Source of the DNA: Planctomycetota bacterium
GTDB lineage: Bacteria > Planctomycetota > UBA1135 > UBA2386
Reading direction: 5' to 3'
DNA: 64,000 bases
Assembly: GCA_965228735.1 (NCBI GenBank)
Contig: OZ245838.1
Location: forward strand, 3,104,001 to 3,168,000
Shown: positions 42,490 through 51,161 of the stretch, in pieces
Layout of the letters: every line of letters starts with the position of its first letter
How positions within the stretch are numbered: the first letter of the stretch is position 1
Made by a program: the position numbers and the translations under genes
Notes under the pieces: model-generated
The model's input: only the letters and a program-made list of their open reading frames with translations
What the model was told of the DNA's origin: nothing
The model's database searches: none

Positions 42490-42603
42490 GAGCAACCCGC
42501 CGCGACCCGCACGACGGGCGGGAGCCGCGTCCCTTGCACGAGCACGCGACCAAGTCGTCCGTGCCGCAGTTCCCACGGTGCAGGTGGGCGAAACCGTGCG
42601 TTT

Positions 42604-42693
42604 GCCGAGCTCCGGGATCATCGCGTAACGCGTGACCATCTCGCGCACCGTGTCGGTCGCCCGCGCCAGGTCGTCGCCCGCGCTGGTGCTCTC
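42604..42693 (-). pseudogene. ftsH (peptidase M41) fragment
   Basis: STSAGDDLARATDTVREMVTRYAMIPELG resembles FtsH STGAxDDLxRATxIARxMVTxYGMxxxLG. Confidence 0.65.
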
Positions 42694-42862
42694 ATGGCGC
42701 GAGGGATCCAAGGGACGACTGGAGGCCATCTCCTTGATGTTGCGTGTTCGGCCAGCGCCGGAGTCGACGCGTGGACAACAGCACAGCAAAGTCTGGCTGA
42801 TCTGAACGGGGGCCAAAGCAGAAGCCGCCGACGCTGCCGCGCCGGGCGTGCAACCGGCCGGT

Positions 42863-44554
42863 TCAGCCAGCCTGGTGCATGGTGATCTGCGTGAACGGAA
42901 TGACCCACCCGTGTTCGTTGCAGGCATCGACGAGGGTTCGTTGCGTGAGACGCTGCAGCGCGTCATAGCGCGCCGCGACGTCCCCGCTGAGATCGATGAT
43001 CACCTCGTAGTCCAACGACGACGCGCCGGCCTCCTTGAACTCGACCGCCAGGCTGATGAGGTTGTCCGCGCCGACCTTCGCGCTGATCGCATCGGTAAGG
43101 TGTTCGTGCATCAGCGTGGGGATCCGATCCGTGGAGATCGCCTGATGCTGGTAGTCGACGCCAAACGTCACGCTCAAGCGGAAGTTGGCAGAGATGTTCT
43201 CCGGCGTCGCCGCCAGGAAGTCAGTCGTGCGATACGTGACGCGGCTCCCACCGAGCTTGACGAGCTGCACCATTTCGGGCGTCTGCTTCAACACCTTGCC
43301 ACGGGTGCCATCCGAGAGCCGAACCCAATCGCCCTCGCTACTCGGGAACCACGCCTCCTTCTCCTGAACCGGTCGCGAATGCAGTCCGATCAGATCGCGA
43401 AGCGGGAGCCGGATCTGCCCACCCGAGAGCGCGGGGTTGGAGAGCCGAGAGTAGAGGCTCAATCGATCGACGCGCCACGGCAGCCCCTCGAACAGGATCC
43501 GCTCCGCCTCACGCACCGGCCCGAGGTTGAGCACCATGCGGATCTCCTCGACCAGGCGCGGCAGCGTGTTCTTCGCCGTCCACACCACCCCCAACAGAAA
43601 CACCAGCCCCAAGCCGAGCAGCACCCAGTCGGCTGCGGCGTAGAGCACCATCAAGCCTGCAGCGACTGCGAGCGCGCCGATGACCGCCTGGCTGAGAACG
43701 CTGATGAGCCGGAAGTAGAACGGCTGGCCCTCCGCCTTGCGCCGACGTGGCACCAGACGCAGGGCTCGATTCGCCGCGAAACGCAGCCCGAAGAACACCG
43801 CGATCATCGCGAACAGCGCCTGCAACAGGGTCAGTCCCTTGTCGCGGAACCCGCCGCCGATGAACGCGCTGATCGAACCGAACACCGACTTGCGATCCCG
43901 CTTGCGCTGGTCGAGCTGCGCCTGCACCACGGTCCGACTGCCGACGGCGCCCGCCCGGATCTCCTCCCATTGGGCCTGCGCAGTCGAGAGCTCGGCCCGT
44001 ACGTCGTCGCTCGAGGCCTCGCGCTGAAGCGCGCGAATGTTGTCGATTGCCGTCGTCGCGAGCTCGGCCTTACGGGTCTGGATCGCAACCTGGGTCTTGA
44101 GTCGATCCAGCTCGCGCGGTTCCTCGGTCAGGTTCTTCAGTTCCTGCAGAAGCGGACGGAGCAGTTCCTCGAGGTCCTGGTTGAGCGTCGTACTGCGCGC
44201 CGCCAAGTCGAGCTGCGAACGGTCGATCCCCGTCGCAACCGAATCGAAGTCGGCCTCGAGTCTCTCGAGCTGGCTCTGGAGGTCGGCGACCGCTTTCTGC
44301 CCGTCCGGGCTGAACCGGCTCGGAGCATTGCGCGCCTCATTCAACTCCTCCCGCTTCTTCGCCAGAGCCTCGACCAGCGTCCGAACCGCCGGCAGCGCAA
44401 CCCCTGCTCGACTCGTCGTCGCCGCCGGGTTCGGCGTCTCGGGTTGCTGCGTTGCCGGATCTGGAGACTGCGGATCCTTGCCAGTCGGCGACTCGGCCTG
44501 AGCGAGCACCGCGGGCACACACGCAAGGAGCACAAGGAGCGTCAACAGCCGCAT
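42863..44554 (-). CDS. MscS-like mechanosensitive channel family protein with a periplasmic coiled coil
   Basis: Signal peptide; coiled coil; 3 TMs; C-terminal FGVDY...IPFTQITMH motif. Confidence 0.7.
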   Translation of the reverse strand: MRLLTLLVLLACVPAVLAQAESPTGKDPQSPDPATQQPETPNPAATTSRAGVALPAVRTLVEALAKKREELNEARNAPSRFSPDGQKAVADLQSQLERLEADFDSVATGIDRSQLDLAARSTTLNQDLEELLRPLLQELKNLTEEPRELDRLKTQVAIQTRKAELATTAIDNIRALQREASSDDVRAELSTAQAQWEEIRAGAVGSRTVVQAQLDQRKRDRKSVFGSISAFIGGGFRDKGLTLLQALFAMIAVFFGLRFAANRALRLVPRRRKAEGQPFYFRLISVLSQAVIGALAVAAGLMVLYAAADWVLLGLGLVFLLGVVWTAKNTLPRLVEEIRMVLNLGPVREAERILFEGLPWRVDRLSLYSRLSNPALSGGQIRLPLRDLIGLHSRPVQEKEAWFPSSEGDWVRLSDGTRGKVLKQTPEMVQLVKLGGSRVTYRTTDFLAATPENISANFRLSVTFGVDYQHQAISTDRIPTLMHEHLTDAISAKVGADNLISLAVEFKEAGASSLDYEVIIDLSGDVAARYDALQRLTQRTLVDACNEHGWVIPFTQITMHQAG

Positions 44555-44608
44555 ACTGGGCCTCCATTCTTCAGGAGCTTGGGCAGCTCATCGTCAAAGT
44601 CCGCCGGG

Positions 44609-45658
44609 TCACGATTCCATGTCGTTCGCCGAGATTCCGCGCAGCAATCGACCGAGTAGATCGGCACCGGTGACAACGCGCCGCTGCTCGCCCCAGAGCA
44701 GCACGATGTCACGATCGATCACGTCATCTTCATCGTGTTCTTTGTCGACTCGCAATCGGCGCAACAGCTTGCCGATCGGCAGCGAAGCGTCCTCGGTGAG
44801 GATCGGCCGGTGACAGAACGTGTAGGGGTCGAACCCGGGGCCATCACTCAAGACCGCGCGCAAGAACGCGTCGGCGTCGAGCACGAGCCGGGGTGAGTCG
44901 GCTGGGTCGGTCAGGATCACCCACTTGCGATCCGACTTCGCGACCGCCGCGACGAACGGGTCGTCACCTCGGTTCTCGAACTCCGGGATGATCGGAAGAT
45001 CGAGGCGAACCGGCAGCGGGATCACGCTCGCCGGGTCGACCGGCTCTCCTTCCTCGCGGATGGCCAGATCGTCGAGCGACAAGAAGTTGAGCGCACCCTT
45101 GCCTTCGCGGTGATCGAGGTCCGCCTCTTCGGCATGCATGTGCTTCTCGATGATGGCCTTCAGGTGCTCTTCCCGAACGTAGTGCATGCCGTCGGGGCCG
45201 AGCCACGAATCGAGGAGCTTCGCACTCGGAAACGCCACCGGCCAGAGCAGCCGCCGGTAGAAGCCGATCACCGGCGCCAGTCGCGCCCCCATCCGCAGTG
45301 CGTGACGCGAGAAGTACGCCTGCGGAATGATCTCACCGATGAACGTGATGCCGAACGTTGACACGAAGAACGCCGCCATGCCGGCGAGCGCCGAGTCCAT
45401 CAACAGGGTCAGCAGCGTGTTGACGGCGACGTTGCCCCACAGAATCGTCGTCAGCAGCAGGTTCGCATCCTGCCGCAGCGTCATGACCTTGGCGGCGTCA
45501 GCGCTGCCGTGCTCCGCTTCGATCTCCAATTGCAACCGCGGCAGACTGAAGAGCGCGAGGTTCAGGCCACTGAACATCGCCGAGTGCAGCAGGCACAGCG
45601 CGATGCCGCCCCAAGTAGCGACCTCGATCCAAGCAGAGGCCTCGAAGGAAAGGAGCAT
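44609..45658 (-). CDS. DUF21/CNNM transmembrane domain protein
   Basis: SAMFSGLNLALFSL, LLTTILWGNVAVN and GEIIPQA motifs. Confidence 0.85.
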   Translation of the reverse strand: MLLSFEASAWIEVATWGGIALCLLHSAMFSGLNLALFSLPRLQLEIEAEHGSADAAKVMTLRQDANLLLTTILWGNVAVNTLLTLLMDSALAGMAAFFVSTFGITFIGEIIPQAYFSRHALRMGARLAPVIGFYRRLLWPVAFPSAKLLDSWLGPDGMHYVREEHLKAIIEKHMHAEEADLDHREGKGALNFLSLDDLAIREEGEPVDPASVIPLPVRLDLPIIPEFENRGDDPFVAAVAKSDRKWVILTDPADSPRLVLDADAFLRAVLSDGPGFDPYTFCHRPILTEDASLPIGKLLRRLRVDKEHDEDDVIDRDIVLLWGEQRRVVTGADLLGRLLRGISANDMES

Positions 45659-46087
45659 GAAGGCTGGGAATCGCGGGTGTTGGGGAACGGCTGCTTGGGG
45701 GACAGCTCAGATCCGCCTGCGGCGATTCGATCTGGCGTCCTTGGCAGCGTAGTTCAAAGGCGCCAGGACCTCGCACGGCATTCCGCGGACGCTTGCTGCG
45801 CTGCAATTGCATTGCGCGGCATGGCGCGGGGCGGGCGGGCGGGCCGAGCGACGGATTGCGAAGATCCCGAGCCCGAAAACGCGGCGAACCGGATCCTGAG
45901 CAACCTTGGGAGCCTGACGTGACCGACGAACGCCACCCCCCAGAACCGCAGACAGCGTGCCCGACCGCATCCGTGAAGCTCGCCTTGACGGTCCGCCCGG
46001 TCTTCGACCAACCCAGTGCCGATCGCGCCGCGGGCGGCGAGTGAGAGAAGGCGAGGACCGGTCGCGCGGCCAGGCCAGCGTCGCGGG

Positions 46088-48547
46088 CTACAACGCGCTG
46101 CCGACCCGCACGCTGACCGCGTTGGTCGCCGTGAGCGACACCGGGTTGCCCTGACCGTCGAGTTCGACCGGGAACATCTGGTGGTGGAACTCGACGCCGA
46201 TCAGACCCGGATCGAACGGCAGATCGAACTGTCGGATCACGCGGCCGTCGACCGGCACCAGGAGCTGGTTGGCCAGCGGCAGCACGTGGTCGATGCAGCC
46301 CGCCGGCGCAAACGGCGTCAGCGTGCTGAGTGCGATGTTCGTCGTCTGCAGACCGATGACGTCGAAGACCACGCCGCTGGCCGGCAGCTCGCTGCCGCGG
46401 CCGCGGTAGTACAGCCCGATCTGCGGCCAGGTCACGGCCGCCAATCGGTTGGCGCCGCCCGAACCGGGGCAACCGCTGCCGAGCGCCGTCGCTTTCGGCA
46501 GACACGGGTTCGTGGCGATCGCGTACTCGCGATCGAAGAAGCTGCCGACCTGGACCTCGGCGAACAGTTCGCCGGACGGTCGCACGGCGGCGTGCCAGAC
46601 CGGTTGGCCGGGGCCGCCGGCGACGTCGTGCCACGTCTGCCCGTCCCAGCGCGCCGCGAACGCACTGTTCGGTGAGCCGCCGGTCGTCGTGAACGCGCCG
46701 AGGGCGAGGCAATCGCCGTTCGGCAGCGTCATGAGGTCGTAGACCTCGGCGTTGAAGCCAGCGCCGATCGACTGCCAGGAGACGCCGTCGTACTCCATGA
46801 TCACGGGCTGCGGGTTCGGGAACACGTTGGGGGTCCAAGCCACGACGACCGACCCGTTCGGACCGGCGGCGATGTGCTCGGCCGAGCTCACCTGGAAGTT
46901 CGGATCGAGGCTGTGCCAGAGCAGGCCGTCCCAGCGACCGACGCGGCCCTGCAGCGGCCAGAACGACGAGCCGCTGCCGCCGATGGCGAGCAGGTCGCCA
47001 TTCGGGGCCTCGACGAGGTCGTCGATGTCGAACGCGCCGGGGATGTCGACCCAGCTCGTGCCGTCCCACTCGCTGACCGCGTCATCCCAGGCCACGACCT
47101 TGCCGTTCTGGCGCGTGAAGATGCCCCACGCGTTCTCGGTCGAAATCTGCAGCCAGGCCGAACCGGTCCACTGCAGCACCTGGTTGAACGCCGCGAGGTA
47201 GATCTCGCCGGCATCGGTGGTCGCCACGCCATAACACGGTGACGGCGCGCTGTTGCCGATCGGGATCCAGGTCGTGCCGTTCCAGCGCGCGACGTTGGTG
47301 GCCGCGACACCGCCGATCTGGGAGAACGAGCCGGCCGCGACGACATCGCCGTTCGGCAACACGCTGAAGTCATAGGCGATTCCGATCGTGCCACCCGGCG
47401 AGCCGGTCCAGGTCGTGCCATCCCACAGAATCAGGCTGCGGGCGTTGCTCGTCGGCGGACTGAAGGTCGAGAAGTTGCCGCCTGCGATCAGCGCGGTGCC
47501 CGATCCGGGCAACGCGGCGACCGCGAAGGCCGCTTGCTGGAACCCGAACGTCGCCATCGTGGACCACGAGGAGCCGTCCCAGCGGTCGATCGCCGGGCCC
47601 TGCGTCGGCGCGCCGTTGCGCGCGATCGCCAACGACATGTCGCCGAGCTCCGTCACCGCGTTCGGACGGCCGTTTGGCGTGCCGAGCAACTGCCAGCTGG
47701 TGCCATCCCAGCTCGCCACTGCCCCGCCGTTCGAGACCGTGCCGACGACGACGACGTCGCCGCTGGCCCGCTCGACCGCGCCCTGGACGCAATCGAAGGC
47801 CGGGACGCCCGGCACGGCCTGCCAGCTGGCGCCGTCCCAGACCGCGTAGTGCCGCACGGTCGGAGCGGCGACCACTTCGAACTGACCGCCGGCGAGCACG
47901 TCCCCGTTGGGCCGCACGATCAGACTGAGAACCCCGAACCGCGTCTGCGCGCAGCCGAGGTTGAACGCCAGCCCGCCCCCCGCCTGCTGCCAGTTGGATC
48001 CGTTCCACTCGGCGAAGTAGGTCAGCGGACTGCCGCCCGACATCGTGAAGTCGCCGCCGGCGTAGATCGCGCCACCCCCACCGACGGCGAGCGCGCGGAC
48101 CGAGACCCCGGGCTGCGACACGTCGAAGCCGACTCCGATGGGCTGCCAGTTCGTGCCGTTCCAGCGCGCGACGCCGTTGCAAGTCACGCCGCCCGCATTG
48201 AGAAAGGCTCCGCCGACCAGCAGGTCACCATTGGAGTCGACCGCGAGCGCGTTGATCAAGCCGTCGGTGCCGGCGCCGAGCGGCGACCATGAGCCGGAGA
48301 CCGGATCGTAGAGCGCGACGTTCGCGGCCGGGATGCCGCCGGCCTCCTGAAAGCCGCCGGCCACGACCATGACCTCCGGCTGCGGCCCCGCGCCATCGGG
48401 GTCCCACCGCAGCAGGGCCCGGACCTGGCCGCTGACACCGAACCCGAGCTGCACGAGGTTGTTCCAGCTGGGCGGACACTGTGCCGGCAGGCTCGTCGTC
48501 AGCGCCAGGAGAACGGGAAACAAGAACGGAAGGAAGCGCTGACTCAT
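46088..48547 (-). CDS. Secreted WDG-repeat beta-propeller protein (paralog 3) with the shared C-terminal domain
   Basis: Signal LPA|QC; WDPDGAGP; repeated PNGD...GG.F...ARWDG..W units. Confidence 0.85.
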   Translation of the reverse strand: MSQRFLPFLFPVLLALTTSLPAQCPPSWNNLVQLGFGVSGQVRALLRWDPDGAGPQPEVMVVAGGFQEAGGIPAANVALYDPVSGSWSPLGAGTDGLINALAVDSNGDLLVGGAFLNAGGVTCNGVARWNGTNWQPIGVGFDVSQPGVSVRALAVGGGGAIYAGGDFTMSGGSPLTYFAEWNGSNWQQAGGGLAFNLGCAQTRFGVLSLIVRPNGDVLAGGQFEVVAAPTVRHYAVWDGASWQAVPGVPAFDCVQGAVERASGDVVVVGTVSNGGAVASWDGTSWQLLGTPNGRPNAVTELGDMSLAIARNGAPTQGPAIDRWDGSSWSTMATFGFQQAAFAVAALPGSGTALIAGGNFSTFSPPTSNARSLILWDGTTWTGSPGGTIGIAYDFSVLPNGDVVAAGSFSQIGGVAATNVARWNGTTWIPIGNSAPSPCYGVATTDAGEIYLAAFNQVLQWTGSAWLQISTENAWGIFTRQNGKVVAWDDAVSEWDGTSWVDIPGAFDIDDLVEAPNGDLLAIGGSGSSFWPLQGRVGRWDGLLWHSLDPNFQVSSAEHIAAGPNGSVVVAWTPNVFPNPQPVIMEYDGVSWQSIGAGFNAEVYDLMTLPNGDCLALGAFTTTGGSPNSAFAARWDGQTWHDVAGGPGQPVWHAAVRPSGELFAEVQVGSFFDREYAIATNPCLPKATALGSGCPGSGGANRLAAVTWPQIGLYYRGRGSELPASGVVFDVIGLQTTNIALSTLTPFAPAGCIDHVLPLANQLLVPVDGRVIRQFDLPFDPGLIGVEFHHQMFPVELDGQGNPVSLTATNAVSVRVGSAL

Positions 48548-48614
48548 CGCCGTAGGTCGGGAGTGCGAGTTCGGGGAAGGAATGCGATCGGGGAAGGACG
48601 GCCGTCGGTTGCGA

Positions 48615-51161
48615 TCAGAAGACACCGATCGTGAGCGCCAGAGCATTCGAACTGCTCAGCGACAGAAGCGAGCCCTGCGCGTCGAGCTCGCCCTGCACGA
48701 ACTGGTGGACCAGCGACACGCCGGCGAAGGCCGGGTCGTTCGGGATCACGATCGCGGCGCCAGCCATGCCGTTGGTCGGACCGACGAGCTGCACCGACTC
48801 GGTGCTCGTCAGCAGGTCACAACCCGGAATGCCGGTCGGGTGGAGCACGCTCAGCGGCTGACTCTGACCGGTCAGACCGACCAGCGACACGCCGAGGCTG
48901 CCGGGTGCGAAGCCGGATACGTTCGAGACGAAGGCCTCACCGACCCATGGGTCCGTCGTGTTGGTGAGCGTCATCGCGCCCGCCGGGCCGACGCAGCTGG
49001 TCGCGACGGTGTTGACCGTTGCCGGGCAGGTCGTGGCCAATCTGGCGAGGAAGGTCGAGGCGCGACCGTCCATCGCGGTGAACGTACCGCCCACGACCAC
49101 GACACCGTCGCGCGCGAGACCGACGGTGTACACGTCGTCGTTCGCGCCGGCCCCGAACGGTGACCAGTTCACACCGTCCCAGCGCGCGATGCGCGGCGCG
49201 GTGTTGCCACCGGCCTGGAAGAAGTCGCCGCCGACGATCAGGTCGCCGCCCGGCAGCACCTCGACCGCTCGCACCGCGCCGCTCACACCGACACCGAGTG
49301 GGGCGAACGTCGCGCCGTCCCAGCTCGCGATGCGGTTGGTGGCGACGCCGCCGATGGTCGTGAAGTAGCCGCCGATGATCAGCTCACCGCTGTCGCGAAC
49401 GGTCAGCGACCGGCCGCCGCTGCCGAGGCCGGAGCCGATCATCTTCCACGACGTGCCGTCCCACTGCGCCAGGTTGCCGAGCGACGAGAAGTCGCCGGTC
49501 GCCACCAGATCACCGTTCGGCAGGACCGCGAGATCGTAGACCGTCGCAAAGCTGCCGGTGATACCGGCGCCGAGCGCGTGCCAGTTGGCGCCGTCCCAGC
49601 GCGCGACCCGACTGGCCGGAATGCCGCCGGCCGTCGTGAAGAAGCCGCCGACCGCGATGTCGCCGTTGCTCATCTCGACGATCGCGCGGACGCCGCTGGA
49701 GACACCGGCGCCGAGCGCCGTCCACGCCGAGCCGTCCCAGCACGCGATGTTCTGGGCCGGGACGCCGCCGGCCTGCCCGAAGAATCCTGCCGCGATCAAC
49801 TTGCCGTTCGACAGGGCGAGCAGATCCGTCACGCTGCCGTCGATGCCCGTCCCGAGCGGCTGCCAGCCGGTGCCGTCCCAGCGCGCGACGCCGGCGATCT
49901 CAGCGCCTTCGATCGTCCGGAACGAGCCGCCGACGACGAGGTCGCCGTTCGCCATCACGACCTGGGCCGTCACCGCGGCATCGGTACCCGGCGCCACGGG
50001 CGACCAGGTCGAGCCGTCGAAGCGGGCGATGTTGCGGGCGGGTCCGTCGCCGGTCATGTCGAAGTTGCCGCCGGCGACGATGTCGCCGTTCGTCAGCTCC
50101 GTGATCGCCAGCACGTAGTCGCTGGTGTAGGTCGAGATGCCGTTGCCGATCGGGCTCCACGTCGAGCCGTCCCAGCGCGCGATCTTGAAGGCCGGGCTGA
50201 TACCCGCCAGCGTGAAGTTGCCACCGACGAGCAGATCACCGTTGCTCGCCACGGTCATGGTGTGGACCCAGTTGTTGACACCGTTATTGGGGCCGGCGCC
50301 GAGCGCCGACCAGCTCGAGCCATCCCAGCGCGCGATGTAGTTCACCGATACGCCCGGCATGCTCGTGAACTGACCACCGACGATCACATCACCGTTCGGC
50401 AGACAGGCGACGGCCCGGGCCTCGGTCTGGACCGGACTGAACGGCACGCCGGCCCAATTGGTGCCGTTCCAGATGCGGATCGGACTCGCCGGGGTGCCGT
50501 TGGCCTGCCGCATCCACCCGCCGGCGACGATGTCGCCATTGGGGCGCAGGGCCAGCGAGGACACGCGGCTGCCCGAACCCGGGCCGATCCCGACAGCCAT
50601 GTCCGACCATGACGTGCCATCCCAGCGCGCGACTCGCAGCGCCTGGACGGGACCGGCCGTGCTGAACGACCCGCCGGCAATCAGATCACCGTTGGGCAGC
50701 GCCAGCAGCGCGTTCACGTCGCCGTTCACCCCGGCACCGAGCGGCGACCAGACGGTGCCGTCGAAGCTCGCGATCCGGTCGGCCGAGACGCCATCGATCG
50801 TGCTGAACCCGCCGCCCGCGATCAGCTGGCCGTTCGGCAGTCCGACCAGGGCGTCGACATCGTCGTTGGTGCCGGTACCGAGTGCGGACCAGGAAAGCGC
50901 CACCGGATCCCACATCGCGAGGTTTCGACCCGACACCGTGCCGGCAACCGTGAAGTCACCGCCGATCACCAGCTTGGGAGTCTGCGGCCCGGCGCCGTCG
51001 GGATCCCACATGGTCTGGCAGAAGACCCGGCCGAGCACACCGGGGTAGCCAGCACCGGGCTCCCATTGCGTGACACATTGGGCGGACGCCACCGCGGCCA
51101 GGGCCACGGAGAAGATCGGGACGAACAGCGCGGCTTGCATCGTGAATCGCGGGAGGTGCAT
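48615..51161 (-). CDS. Secreted WDG-repeat beta-propeller protein (paralog 2) with the shared C-terminal domain
   Basis: Signal ASA|QC; about 14 repeat units; TGATG coupling to the upstream paralog. Confidence 0.88.
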   Translation of the reverse strand: MHLPRFTMQAALFVPIFSVALAAVASAQCVTQWEPGAGYPGVLGRVFCQTMWDPDGAGPQTPKLVIGGDFTVAGTVSGRNLAMWDPVALSWSALGTGTNDDVDALVGLPNGQLIAGGGFSTIDGVSADRIASFDGTVWSPLGAGVNGDVNALLALPNGDLIAGGSFSTAGPVQALRVARWDGTSWSDMAVGIGPGSGSRVSSLALRPNGDIVAGGWMRQANGTPASPIRIWNGTNWAGVPFSPVQTEARAVACLPNGDVIVGGQFTSMPGVSVNYIARWDGSSWSALGAGPNNGVNNWVHTMTVASNGDLLVGGNFTLAGISPAFKIARWDGSTWSPIGNGISTYTSDYVLAITELTNGDIVAGGNFDMTGDGPARNIARFDGSTWSPVAPGTDAAVTAQVVMANGDLVVGGSFRTIEGAEIAGVARWDGTGWQPLGTGIDGSVTDLLALSNGKLIAAGFFGQAGGVPAQNIACWDGSAWTALGAGVSSGVRAIVEMSNGDIAVGGFFTTAGGIPASRVARWDGANWHALGAGITGSFATVYDLAVLPNGDLVATGDFSSLGNLAQWDGTSWKMIGSGLGSGGRSLTVRDSGELIIGGYFTTIGGVATNRIASWDGATFAPLGVGVSGAVRAVEVLPGGDLIVGGDFFQAGGNTAPRIARWDGVNWSPFGAGANDDVYTVGLARDGVVVVGGTFTAMDGRASTFLARLATTCPATVNTVATSCVGPAGAMTLTNTTDPWVGEAFVSNVSGFAPGSLGVSLVGLTGQSQPLSVLHPTGIPGCDLLTSTESVQLVGPTNGMAGAAIVIPNDPAFAGVSLVHQFVQGELDAQGSLLSLSSSNALALTIGVF

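Noticed and set aside
45700..45980. Possible IS91 transposase C-terminal scrap (ANRILSNLG) and end motif
   Set aside because: Similarity too short and the orientation inconsistent; cannot be supported without BLASTx.
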